A stretch of DNA of 64,000 nucleotides from a virus. Under the pieces are notes generated by a model. It saw nothing but the letters and a program-made list of their open reading frames with translations. It ran no database searches and was not told the DNA's origin. This document shows positions 1 through 9,421 of the stretch, piece by piece; positions within the stretch are counted from its first letter, which is position 1; every line of letters begins with the position of its first letter. Position numbers and translations under genes: made by a program. The stretch lies in IMG/VR virus record IMGVR_UViG_3300035701_000003; one strand, 5' to 3'.

Positions 1-687
1 GTAACAGGTCCTACTGGATATACTGGTTATACAGGTTATACTGGAGCTAATTCAACAGTAACTGGTCCTACTGGTTATACAGGTTATACTGGTCCTAATA
101 TTACAGGTTATACTGGTTACACTGGTTATACTGGAGCTAATTCAACAGTAACAGGTCCTACTGGTTACACTGGTTACACAGGTCCTAATATAACTGGTTA
201 TACAGGTTACACTGGTCCTACTGGTTATACAGGTTATACTGGTCCTAATATAACTGGTTATACAGGTTATACTGGTTATACTGGAGCTAATTCAACAGTA
301 ACTGGTCCTACTGGTTATACAGGTTATACTGGTCCTAATATAACTGGTTATACAGGTTACACTGGTCCTACTGGTTATACAGGTTATACTGGTCCTAATA
401 TAACTGGTTATACAGGTTATACTGGTTATACTGGAGCAAATTCAACAGTAACAGGTCCTACTGGTTATACAGGTTATACTGGTTATACTGGTTATACTGG
501 AGCTAATTCAACAGTAACAGGTCCTACTGGATATACTGGTTATACTGGTCCTAATATAACTGGTTATACAGGTTATACAGGTCCTACTGGTTACACTGGT
601 TACACAGGTCCTAATATAACTGGTTATACAGGTTATACAGGAGTTACAGGTTATACAGGTTATACAGGTTATACAGGTTATACTGGA
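1..687 (+). repeat. Collagen-coding 9-bp repeat tract 1 (ggt tat act/aca) with GPNIT and GANSTVT interruptions
   Basis: Directly visible tandem GGTTATACT-type units. Confidence 0.95.
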
Positions 688-1704
688 ACTCAATATCCCT
701 GGGAAGGAGCTTGGGCCACCTCAACTTTATATCATGTGAATGATTGTGTAAGTAACGGAGGAAGTGGGTATGTTTGTAAGACACAGCATACCTCTGGTGT
801 CTTTGCTGATGATTTAACAGCTGCTAAATGGGAATTATTAGTATCTATAGGAGCTACTGGATATACTGGATATACGGGCGCTGCAAGTACTGTTACAGGT
901 CCTACTGGTTACACAGGTTATACTGGTCCTAATATAACAGGTTATACTGGTTATACTGGTTATACTGGTTATACTGGTTATACTGGACCAAATATAACAG
1001 GTTATACTGGTTATACTGGTCCTACTGGATATACTGGATATACAGGTCCTAATATAACAGGTTATACTGGTTATACTGGTTCTACTGGTTATACTGGTTA
1101 TACTGGTTATACTGGTCCTAATATAACAGGTTATACTGGTTATACTGGTTATACTGGTTATACTGGTTATACTGGACCAAATATAACAGGTTATACTGGT
1201 TATACTGGTCCTACTGGATATACTGGATATACAGGTCCTAATATAACAGGTTATACTGGTTATACTGGTTCTACTGGTTATACTGGTTATACAGGTTATA
1301 CTGGTCCTAATATAACAGGTTATACTGGTTATACTGGTTATACTGGTTATACTGGTTATACTGGTTATACTGGTTATACCGGGCCTTCACCAGCAAGAAC
1401 AGGAACTACTACTAATTCAGGTACTCCTACTCCTAATTGTGATACTACCGATATTTACACGGTAACTGCTCTGGTAACAGCCGCTACATTTGGTGCTCCT
1501 GCTGGAACCCCCGTTAATGGGCAGAAACTCATGATAAGAATATATGCCGCGGCCGCAAGAGTGTTGGATTGGAATGCTGTTTATGCAGCTAGAGGCGTGG
1601 CTAAACCAACAACTACAGTAGCAGGTAAGTATCAGTATATAGGATTTATTTATAATACAACTACATCTACCTGGGACTGTATAGCATCCATAACAGAGGC
1701 ATAG
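1..1704 (+). CDS. Collagen-like (Gly-Tyr-Thr) fibre protein, 5'-truncated, with an internal CBM5/12-like module and a C-terminal fibre-tip domain
   Basis: Frame 1 is open from base 1 ([11 protein letters not shown]...) to TAG at 1702-1704, so the track ORF at 736 is only its 3' part. Two G-X-T tracts flank [29 protein letters not shown], which resembles chitin-binding type-3 modules. Confidence 0.85.
   Translation, partial: VTGPTGYTGYTGYTGANSTVTGPTGYTGYTGPNITGYTGYTGYTGANSTVTGPTGYTGYTGPNITGYTGYTGPTGYTGYTGPNITGYTGYTGYTGANSTVTGPTGYTGYTGPNITGYTGYTGPTGYTGYTGPNITGYTGYTGYTGANSTVTGPTGYTGYTGYTGYTGANSTVTGPTGYTGYTGPNITGYTGYTGPTGYTGYTGPNITGYTGYTGVTGYTGYTGYTGYTGTQYPWEGAWATSTLYHVNDCVSNGGSGYVCKTQHTSGVFADDLTAAKWELLVSIGATGYTGYTGAASTVTGPTGYTGYTGPNITGYTGYTGYTGYTGYTGPNITGYTGYTGPTGYTGYTGPNITGYTGYTGSTGYTGYTGYTGPNITGYTGYTGYTGYTGYTGPNITGYTGYTGPTGYTGYTGPNITGYTGYTGSTGYTGYTGYTGPNITGYTGYTGYTGYTGYTGYTGYTGPSPARTGTTTNSGTPTPNCDTTDIYTVTALVTAATFGAPAGTPVNGQKLMIRIYAAAARVLDWNAVYAARGVAKPTTTVAGKYQYIGFIYNTTTSTWDCIASITEA
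850..1386 (+). repeat. Collagen-coding repeat tract 2, containing a 189-bp tandem duplication (925-1113 / 1114-1302)
   Basis: GPNIT units start at 925, 985, 1045, 1114, 1174, 1234 and 1303; the two 189-bp copies differ at one synonymous base by eye. Confidence 0.9.
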
Positions 1705-1705
1705 G

Positions 1706-2449
1706 ATGCCTTTTACATCCGTAACAGCTAGAGGTTCAATAAAGGTAAGCGGGATAGATAGTACATCCGTTCTAATAGCCGTTACTGCAAATATTGTGGT
1801 AGGTAAAATACTCATTGCTTGTATAGTAATTGATAACACAGCTACTGCAGATGGAGCTTCTTCTACTGTTACTATTGCAGATGACGCAGTTAATACATGG
1901 GTTAAAATAGGAGAATACACTGATTCAGACGGTGCAGCTTCTGATGGTGCTACTATTGCGATGTTTGCATCAAAAATAACAACACAAATTAATAGTGCTG
2001 CGAACATAACATTTACATTTAGTAATGCTTTAGATAAATATGGTTACTGTTTTGAAGTAACAGTAGGAAACGGTCATACTTTTGGTATTGGGCAGGTAGG
2101 TACTAATTCATCCGCAAGCGGTACTGCCGCCTCAATAGATGTTTCTGTAGCTGGTTTACCTTCTCAAGAATATCTTTTAGTAGGACTTGCTGGTGCGGAA
2201 GGAGAGGATAATGCAAAAGATAAGGATGCAGATTATACAGAATTATTAGATGACATTACATCAACTGTCGGTGCTTTAGCTGTAAATTTATCTATACACG
2301 TTCAAACTAGAGTAGCAACATTAACTGCTGATACCTGCACATCATCCGCCTGGACTTATACGAATTTAATAGCTATGCTTGCAGCTTTATATGAGACGGA
2401 TGTGGTACCGTATCAGATGTTAGAAATGTTTGAATCAACGAGAACATAA
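1706..2449 (+). CDS. Putative virion structural protein (beta-rich)
   Basis: 247 aa, rich in Ala/Thr/Val/Gly, starts 1 nt after the fibre gene stop; no family recognised. Confidence 0.5.
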   Translation: MPFTSVTARGSIKVSGIDSTSVLIAVTANIVVGKILIACIVIDNTATADGASSTVTIADDAVNTWVKIGEYTDSDGAASDGATIAMFASKITTQINSAANITFTFSNALDKYGYCFEVTVGNGHTFGIGQVGTNSSASGTAASIDVSVAGLPSQEYLLVGLAGAEGEDNAKDKDADYTELLDDITSTVGALAVNLSIHVQTRVATLTADTCTSSAWTYTNLIAMLAALYETDVVPYQMLEMFESTRT

Positions 2450-3124
2450 ATGTCAGCTATTATATCACCTTTTCCTTCTTTTCAGATTGTAACGCCACCC
2501 GAATCGGGAGGAGTTTTTGTGACTGGTGCCGAAAATGGTAATACTGCTGATTTTAGTGGTATATACCAAACTAATGGCACCTTTACTGCGTCTCAAACTC
2601 AAAAATATTTAGGAAGTTGGTCTTATAAAGCAGTAACTACTAATAATGCTACTCAACAAGCTTTTGCAAGAAAAAATTTACCCGCTGCTAATACTTATTA
2701 TGCACGATGTTATGTATATATTGACTCTACTACTGCGGGACCTAATAGCGGGTATGAAACTCTTCTAAATTTAAGAAGTGGTACCCAGGTTGGTTCTGCA
2801 TTATATCTTAATTATAACGGCTCTGGTGTTCCGTATAGATGGTGTTTTACGGTTCTTATTCCAGATTATTATTCAACTACTAATTTCAGTATGAATGCTT
2901 GGCATTGTATAGAAATATTAGTAACTATCGGCGGCGGCGCAAACTCTATTCATAAATGTTGGATAGATGCAACTTTAGTATTTGATTATAGTAATGGAAC
3001 TCAAACTGAACAATTAGAAAGAGTGTTAGTAGGGCCTCAAGGGGACGCAGGTGATAATTCCACAGTTTTAATTTATTTCGATAATGCAAAAATAGATACT
3101 AGTTACATTGGACTATATCCTTAA
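2450..3124 (+). CDS. Concanavalin/lectin-like beta-sandwich virion protein
   Basis: Aromatic-rich strands (TYYARCYVYID, WHCIEILV, KCWIDATLVFD, IYFDNAKID) typical of LamG or polysaccharide-lyase-like folds. Confidence 0.5.
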   Translation: MSAIISPFPSFQIVTPPESGGVFVTGAENGNTADFSGIYQTNGTFTASQTQKYLGSWSYKAVTTNNATQQAFARKNLPAANTYYARCYVYIDSTTAGPNSGYETLLNLRSGTQVGSALYLNYNGSGVPYRWCFTVLIPDYYSTTNFSMNAWHCIEILVTIGGGANSIHKCWIDATLVFDYSNGTQTEQLERVLVGPQGDAGDNSTVLIYFDNAKIDTSYIGLYP

Positions 3125-3140
3125 TGAATATAGGAGATAT

Positions 3141-3182
3141 ATGGAAACAACTATAGTGACGTGTTCCTTATATATCTACTAA
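3141..3182 (+). other. 13-codon micro-ORF (METTIVTCSLYIY) with a strong Shine-Dalgarno
   Basis: TAGGAG at 3131-3136, ATG at 3141, TAA at 3180-3182; 22 nt upstream of the giant glycosyltransferase. Confidence 0.3.
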
Positions 3183-3204
3183 ACTAAAAAAAAAGGAAAG
3201 AATA

Positions 3205-6200
3205 ATGTTGTTTTCTGTATGTACTATAATGAAGAACGAGGCCGGAACCCTTCCTAAACTGGCTTTATCCTTAAAGGATTTTTTAGTTAATGGCGGAGTA
3301 TGGGTTTGTACAGATACAGGTTCTACGGACGATTCCGCGAATGTAGCACGTTCTTTAGGGGCGATTGTTTACGAAGAGGGGGAAAAGTTTATAAAAGTTA
3401 TTACTAAAGTAAAAGCCGATAAAATAAATAAAAGATTTCTTGTCCCCGGGGAACCTATTATAGTAAGGGAAGGAGATAGATTATTTGATTTTGCTTCCGC
3501 AAGGAACTACTGCGCTGATAAAGCTCCTACTAACATGGTTATAGCGGTTGATGGAGACGAATTCTTTACAAAATTGGATTTTAATAAAATAAATGAATTT
3601 ATAGATTCTGGTATAGAGATGTTTGAAACTGAATTTATCTTCGCGCGTACTGAATACGGAGAACCTGCCATTCAGTTTGTACAAAATAGATTTTATGATA
3701 AGAGAGTTATGCAGTACTCTGGTATAGTACATGAAATACCCGTTGGAAATACAAATAGAATAAAAAGATTACCTACTCATATTTATATGCTCGAGCATGG
3801 TCAAGAACTTGGTAAAATACACAGATCAAGTTATCTAACAGGGTTAGCCTTAGATTGCTACGAACATAGGGATAAGGATAGACAGAGCCATTATTTCGCA
3901 AGAGAATTATTATATAGCGGAAGATATAAGTCGGCTATTGCTGAATTCAAACGTCATCTTACTCTAGGGGGTTGGGTACTAGAAGCAGCCCAGTCTATGA
4001 TATTTATAGGTGATTGTTATGGAAGACTTAATATGCCCGAAGAACAAATTGAGTGGTATAATAGGTCTATATATTTTAATTCCGACAGAAGAGAAGCTTT
4101 TATTAGAATGGCGGAATTCTATAGACATAATCAAAACATTAAAGCTTGTGCTGCTTATGCGGCCGCAGCTCTTGTAATTCCCTATACGGATTACTATGCT
4201 AATAACATGGATCATTATAGACAATATCCTCACGAGTTGCTTTATTGGGCCTGTGGGTGGATAGGTAATATTAAAGAAGCGCAGGATCATATAATAGAAT
4301 GTTTAAAATATCAACCTGATAATCTCGTATATCTAAGAGATACTCAATATTATTTTGAATATCCTGCTCAGAGTATAGAAGGATGGATATCCTTCCTTGA
4401 ATGTCAATGGCTTTATAATACAGCTAAAAAAATGAATTCCATATTAGAAATAGGATCTTGGGAAGGTAAGAGTTCCCATGCTTTACTTTCTGGTTGTAAA
4501 GGTAAAGTAACCTGTGTTGATCACTTTCAAGGCTCGTCCGATCCCTCGGATTTATCCTATATTATAGCTAAGAAAAAAGATATTTATACGAGTTTTATAA
4601 AAAATGTAGGGCACTTTAAGAATCTCGAAGTTATAAGAGCATCTAGCGAAGAAGCTTCCGAAATTTTGAAGGGTAGAAAATTTGATATGATATTTATTGA
4701 TGGAACCCATACTTATGACGAGGTAAAAAAAGATATTAATTTATGGCAAAATAGAACTAATATTTTATTAACGGGGCATGATTATGGATTTAAAAATCTT
4801 GGTGTGAAACCTGCTGTTGATGAACTATTAGGTATTCCAGATGAAATAGTTGGTAGTATATGGGCTGTAAATGTAAGTAAAAGAACCTCTAACACATCTC
4901 CTTCTCCAGTTACTCAAAATATACCTAAAAAAATATTTACTATATGGTTAAATAAGGAAAAAGAGTTACCTCCCCTTATTCAAAAATGCATAAATTCTCA
5001 AAAACTAGAAGGTTACGAACACAAATTAATTACTCTTGATAACTGTTTTAAAGATTCTAATTATATACAAAGTTTTCTTAGTTTATCCGATGATCAAAAG
5101 ATATGGACAAAGGCAACCGATTATTTACGCATATACTATTTATATACAGAAGGGGGTATTTATTTAGACGCTGATGTTGAAGTATTACAAGCAAAGACTT
5201 TCGACCATTTACTAAACGCCCGCATGTTTGTAGCAAGAGAAACTAACGGGTACTTAGGGTCTGCCGTAATAGGCGCTGAGAAAGGATATCCTTTCCTTAA
5301 ACAGTGGTTGGATGCTATGACTACTGAATTTAAAGGAGATGATAATAAATATTTTGAACCTTCTATGGAATTACTTACAGTTGGTTATCATGAAAGGAAT
5401 TGGTATAAAGAAGGTTTTGTTATTCTTTCATACGATTACTTTTTTCCTTACGATCATTTAAATAATACTGTTAATATAACTGATAATACTATCGCCTATC
5501 ATTATTTTGCGAAAGGTTGGAAAGAAGATGATTCTCCCACCGTTTCTATTATAATTCCTACTTTGGGTAGAGAACAAGGGTTGCAAAATTGTTTAAATTC
5601 TATTAAATATTTAAATTATCCTCAAGACAAAATAGAAACTATAGTTATTGAAGATAAACCGCGGTTAGGTGTTCCTTTACGAATAAAAGAGGGTTATGAA
5701 AAATCTATGGGAGAGTATATTTGTTATGCTGCCAATGATATGGAGTTCACTCCTAATAGTTTAAGATTAGCTATAAAAGATTCTATAAAATATAATAAAC
5801 GATTAGTAGCTTTTGATACTGGTGTAAGGAACGAGCAGGATTATATTTGCGAGCATTTTGTAATAAAGAGAAGTTTAGTTGAACAGTTGGGTGGTATATT
5901 CGATACCCGATTTAAGCACTATTGTTGTGATACTTTACTTTGGGAAAAAGCCTTTAAACTTAACGAAACAATGATTTCAAAAGGGTTTGTAAATCATTAT
6001 CATTATTCGAGAATAGGCTCTGGAATGCCCATTGATAATATCAATGAACTTGCTATAGTGTCTGTAGACGAAGATAGAACATTGTTAACGGAATTACGCA
6101 GTGAAAAAACTGATATAATAAAATTTAAAAGAGAGCGAAAGATTAATAGATTAGCGTTACCTATAACGAGAGGCTGTAATAGAAGATGTCCCGAATGTAC

Positions 6201-6816
6201 TGCTGTTGAAAGAGAAGGATTTCTAGCTAACCCTATATCTATTGTAGAATTAAAAGAAGTAGGTAATTTAATAGGATCTATTGAAAAGATCGAAGTTACA
6301 GGAGGAGAACCTAGTTTTCATCCAAAGTTTAAAGAAATATCGGAGAATTTACACAAATGGTTTCAATGTAAAGATATTATGCTTTTAACAAATGGTTGGG
6401 CTTTTAGTAAAGATGACAATCTTCCAATTTTATTAAATTATGATAGAGTTTATATAACCCATTATAATGATAACTTTGCGAAGTTATATGAAGAGAAATC
6501 TAATACTCATCTTGTAAAAAAATTAGAAAGTTACTTAAAAAATTATCCTAAGATACAATTCTGGCCCCAAGATATGGATAGTCATAATCCCATTAAGGAA
6601 CCTGTTCCTTGGGCAAGCGGTTGCTTATATGATTATGATAAGAGCGACATGATTAGTTATCACGAGGGACAATTGTATGGGTGTTGTACCGCGTGGCAGT
6701 TAGACTATAGAGGTAAAGGGATTCCTCTTACTAAGGAGTGGCGAGACCATCTTAGCGAAATAGAACTTCCCTGTAATAAATGTTTTCTTGGAATAGAAGT
6801 AAAGAAACTTATTTAA
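3205..6816 (+). CDS. Multi-domain enzyme: GT2-TPR + class I SAM methyltransferase + GT32 (DXD) + GT2 + radical SAM
   Basis: N-terminal SVCTIMKNE...DTGSTD...VDGDE (GT2); TPR-like helices; ILEIGSWEGKSS...IFIDGTHTY (Methyltransf_24-like); IPKKIFTIW...EGGIYLDADV (GT32); VSIIIPTLGR (GT2); GCNRRCPEC, TGGEP, LTNG (radical SAM). Confidence 0.85.
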   Translation: MLFSVCTIMKNEAGTLPKLALSLKDFLVNGGVWVCTDTGSTDDSANVARSLGAIVYEEGEKFIKVITKVKADKINKRFLVPGEPIIVREGDRLFDFASARNYCADKAPTNMVIAVDGDEFFTKLDFNKINEFIDSGIEMFETEFIFARTEYGEPAIQFVQNRFYDKRVMQYSGIVHEIPVGNTNRIKRLPTHIYMLEHGQELGKIHRSSYLTGLALDCYEHRDKDRQSHYFARELLYSGRYKSAIAEFKRHLTLGGWVLEAAQSMIFIGDCYGRLNMPEEQIEWYNRSIYFNSDRREAFIRMAEFYRHNQNIKACAAYAAAALVIPYTDYYANNMDHYRQYPHELLYWACGWIGNIKEAQDHIIECLKYQPDNLVYLRDTQYYFEYPAQSIEGWISFLECQWLYNTAKKMNSILEIGSWEGKSSHALLSGCKGKVTCVDHFQGSSDPSDLSYIIAKKKDIYTSFIKNVGHFKNLEVIRASSEEASEILKGRKFDMIFIDGTHTYDEVKKDINLWQNRTNILLTGHDYGFKNLGVKPAVDELLGIPDEIVGSIWAVNVSKRTSNTSPSPVTQNIPKKIFTIWLNKEKELPPLIQKCINSQKLEGYEHKLITLDNCFKDSNYIQSFLSLSDDQKIWTKATDYLRIYYLYTEGGIYLDADVEVLQAKTFDHLLNARMFVARETNGYLGSAVIGAEKGYPFLKQWLDAMTTEFKGDDNKYFEPSMELLTVGYHERNWYKEGFVILSYDYFFPYDHLNNTVNITDNTIAYHYFAKGWKEDDSPTVSIIIPTLGREQGLQNCLNSIKYLNYPQDKIETIVIEDKPRLGVPLRIKEGYEKSMGEYICYAANDMEFTPNSLRLAIKDSIKYNKRLVAFDTGVRNEQDYICEHFVIKRSLVEQLGGIFDTRFKHYCCDTLLWEKAFKLNETMISKGFVNHYHYSRIGSGMPIDNINELAIVSVDEDRTLLTELRSEKTDIIKFKRERKINRLALPITRGCNRRCPECTAVEREGFLANPISIVELKEVGNLIGSIEKIEVTGGEPSFHPKFKEISENLHKWFQCKDIMLLTNGWAFSKDDNLPILLNYDRVYITHYNDNFAKLYEEKSNTHLVKKLESYLKNYPKIQFWPQDMDSHNPIKEPVPWASGCLYDYDKSDMISYHEGQLYGCCTAWQLDYRGKGIPLTKEWRDHLSEIELPCNKCFLGIEVKKLI

Positions 6817-6822
6817 TATATT

Positions 6823-7503
6823 ATGCCTTCTGGAAGATCAACAGCCGCTCGCGAAATAGCGGAACAAATGGATACCAAATATGGTATTACCCAACCTAGC
6901 TTTCTTACTCCATTGATAGTTCAGATATTTATGGTTTTGACCAAACCTATAAGGGAGGCTTTATATGCTTATTTACAGGTTCAAAAAGCAGCTTTAAATA
7001 CAGCGAAAGCAAAACTTGTAAGAAATGCTTTAAAAGCCGATGGTTTAGCAGAACAATTATCCGTTCTTCAAACTACTACGGCCGCTGCTTTCCAACCAAT
7101 TACTCAATTTTTACAATATTTACCTCTGGATACTATTATTCATGAAATACCTTTTGCTGAAGAATTTGTGCATAAGGATGCTCCTAAGGTTGATATTTTT
7201 AACACACTGGCAGATATATCGCCAGACTTCGCTGAATTTTTGAAATCTTTAGCTGATGCTCTCCCTGTAAAAATTCCTTTAAGCGCTATATCTTCTATGT
7301 TCGGAGAAAATTTTGAATTTTTTGAAGGTATAGAAAATTTTCAAGATTTAAGAGAAAAAGTAGAAGAATTAGAGTTTCGCTTAGCGAGAACTGTTGCTGT
7401 ATCTTCTTACGCGCAAGCTGGTTCTTCTTATATAGATATTCAACTTAGAAATATTGATGTGTATATGGATGTTTTAGTTACTTTAAATACTGGAGCTTTA
7501 TAA
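6823..7503 (+). CDS. Hypothetical helical protein in the baseplate module
   Basis: 226-aa ORF abutting the gp25-like gene; no motif recognised. Confidence 0.45.
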   Translation: MPSGRSTAAREIAEQMDTKYGITQPSFLTPLIVQIFMVLTKPIREALYAYLQVQKAALNTAKAKLVRNALKADGLAEQLSVLQTTTAAAFQPITQFLQYLPLDTIIHEIPFAEEFVHKDAPKVDIFNTLADISPDFAEFLKSLADALPVKIPLSAISSMFGENFEFFEGIENFQDLREKVEELEFRLARTVAVSSYAQAGSSYIDIQLRNIDVYMDVLVTLNTGAL

Positions 7504-7989
7504 GTGGATATAGCAGGTCGTACAACTTGCGATCATATAGTAGGTAACTCTCCAGTAGGTTATACTTTATTAAACTGCCCTCGATGCGAGGGTAAAGGTA
7601 CCTATGGAGGATTCACTCTTACTAAAGAAGGTGACGTACCTACTGTATCTGGAGTAGACTATTTAAGACAAACTCTTGAAAAAGTATTTATTGAAAAGAA
7701 AAGACCTTCTGGTTATGGTTTTGATTATGATGTATTAATTGGTTTAGGAAGTAATGCTTCTTTAATGAATGTTCAACGCGAAGTACAGAGAACTGTTTTA
7801 TATTTAAAAAACCAGCAGCAAGCTAATAAAAAAACAGGAGTAATATACTCTCCTAATGAAGAAATATATGATGTAAAAGATATTAGGGTTGCTTTTAATA
7901 CTGCAGAACCCAGAAGAATAGATATTACCTTGACAGTAATAGCGTTATCTGGTAGAAGTATTGATTTAAGTTCTTCTTTGGAGAGGTAG
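7504..7989 (+). CDS. Baseplate wedge gp25-like protein with N-terminal CxxC
   Basis: GTG start; CPRCEGKG, YLRQTLEKVF, and RRIDITLTV; directly precedes baseplate J. Confidence 0.6.
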   Translation: MDIAGRTTCDHIVGNSPVGYTLLNCPRCEGKGTYGGFTLTKEGDVPTVSGVDYLRQTLEKVFIEKKRPSGYGFDYDVLIGLGSNASLMNVQREVQRTVLYLKNQQQANKKTGVIYSPNEEIYDVKDIRVAFNTAEPRRIDITLTVIALSGRSIDLSSSLER

Positions 7990-7994
7990 AAAAA

Positions 7995-9410
7995 ATGAGT
8001 AAAAGTTATAGTACTATCGTTCAGAGTATGCGGGATTATATAAAAGCCATTTATCCCTCAGCACAAACCCATGAGGGTAGCGTTTTAGATGATATAGTAA
8101 TTGCTGTACCTTCTCGTGAATTATCCCAATTATATGAAAAAGTAGATCTTGTATCGGAAGCTCAGTCTATAGAAACAGCCACTCAAGATGGTTTAGAGAA
8201 ATTAGGAAGTAATGTAAACAAATTCCAGAAATCAGCAATTCCTGCTACTGGTATAGTTACCTTTTTTAGTAGTACTGCTCCTACTTTTGATATTACTATT
8301 CCCGCTAATACTGTAGTATCTACAAGAGGAAGCGCTGGAGTTATTCCTAAGAAGTTTAGAACTCTTAGAAAAGTAGTTATGTATAAAGTTCTAGCCGGTT
8401 CTTATTTAAATTCCTCTAATGGTAAATATGAAATTTCAGCTGCTATTGAAGCTCTTACGCCAGGGCAAAATGGAGTAGTTGGAGCTAGAGCTGTAGATGC
8501 TATACAAGGTAGTATTACTGGAATAGAAGGAGTTTATAACGCTTCCGCTACTTCCGGAGGGGAAGATTTTGAAAGCGAGCAAGATTTTGCTCAAAGAATT
8601 GCAGCTGCTTTTACTGGTAATATTTTAGGTACCGAAGATGGTTATCTTTCCGAAGCTTTAGCAATTGATGAAATAACTTCTGCTACCGTAGTAGGTCATG
8701 GTAATACAGGTAGAGATATCATGAATGCTGTTGATATTTACTATAAAGGTTCTAGAATGAGTACTTATACTGATATATTTACTGTACCTCAAGGGGTGCT
8801 TATTAGTGAAGTAGTCTTAACTAAACAACCTGTAGTAGTTGATACCGTAACTACTTTAATTTATGGTAATACTGGTTCTATAATAGGAGTATCTCCCGCT
8901 TGGAGTTTGGTAAAAGATACGGGAGTTTATAAAGGTTCTATTTATGGATTAGATAAAATCGAATTTTCTGGGGAATTAGTTGCTAGTTTAGGTACCGTAT
9001 ATGTTACTTATTCTTATAATTCTTTATCCGAGGTTTTGCAAAATATGTTTACTAAAACTAATAAGGACCTTTTAGACATATCTATTTTAGTAAAAGAAGC
9101 GAGTGCTATATCTATAGATATTGATTTGGATGTAACCGTTTTAGCTGGTTTCGATACTTTGTTAGTAGCCTCTGCTATTCAAGATGTAGTCGCTTCTTTT
9201 TTGGATGGTTTATCTATTGGACAAGAATTACAAACAGCCGATGTGGCAAGAGAAGTTTTAAATACACCCGGTGTAGATGATGTGTTACTACCTTTTACTT
9301 TATTCAGGGCCTCCGATGGTTCTATATTACCTAACGCTAGTAATAATTTAGTTATACCTTCTGATAGTTATGCTACGGCTGGTACTATTACTATTACTAC
9401 TTCTATATAA
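7995..9410 (+). CDS. Baseplate J-like wedge protein
   Basis: ATGIVTFF...ITIPANTVV, IEALTPGQNGVVGA, YNASATSGGEDFESEQDFAQRI, LSIGQEL...TPGVDDV. Confidence 0.85.
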   Translation: MSKSYSTIVQSMRDYIKAIYPSAQTHEGSVLDDIVIAVPSRELSQLYEKVDLVSEAQSIETATQDGLEKLGSNVNKFQKSAIPATGIVTFFSSTAPTFDITIPANTVVSTRGSAGVIPKKFRTLRKVVMYKVLAGSYLNSSNGKYEISAAIEALTPGQNGVVGARAVDAIQGSITGIEGVYNASATSGGEDFESEQDFAQRIAAAFTGNILGTEDGYLSEALAIDEITSATVVGHGNTGRDIMNAVDIYYKGSRMSTYTDIFTVPQGVLISEVVLTKQPVVVDTVTTLIYGNTGSIIGVSPAWSLVKDTGVYKGSIYGLDKIEFSGELVASLGTVYVTYSYNSLSEVLQNMFTKTNKDLLDISILVKEASAISIDIDLDVTVLAGFDTLLVASAIQDVVASFLDGLSIGQELQTADVAREVLNTPGVDDVLLPFTLFRASDGSILPNASNNLVIPSDSYATAGTITITTSI

Positions 9411-9421
9411 GGATTGTAACT

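Noticed and set aside
508-693. Minus-strand CITCIT-repeat ORF that looks metallothionein-like
   Set aside because: It is the antisense shadow of the GYT collagen repeat.
1-1386. Repeat tract as a CRISPR array or non-coding satellite
   Set aside because: There are no unique spacers; the 9-bp periodicity with third-position variation shows it is coding.
736-1704. Track ORF starting at GTG 736 as a separate gene
   Set aside because: The frame is open from base 1, so this is the internal part of the truncated fibre gene.
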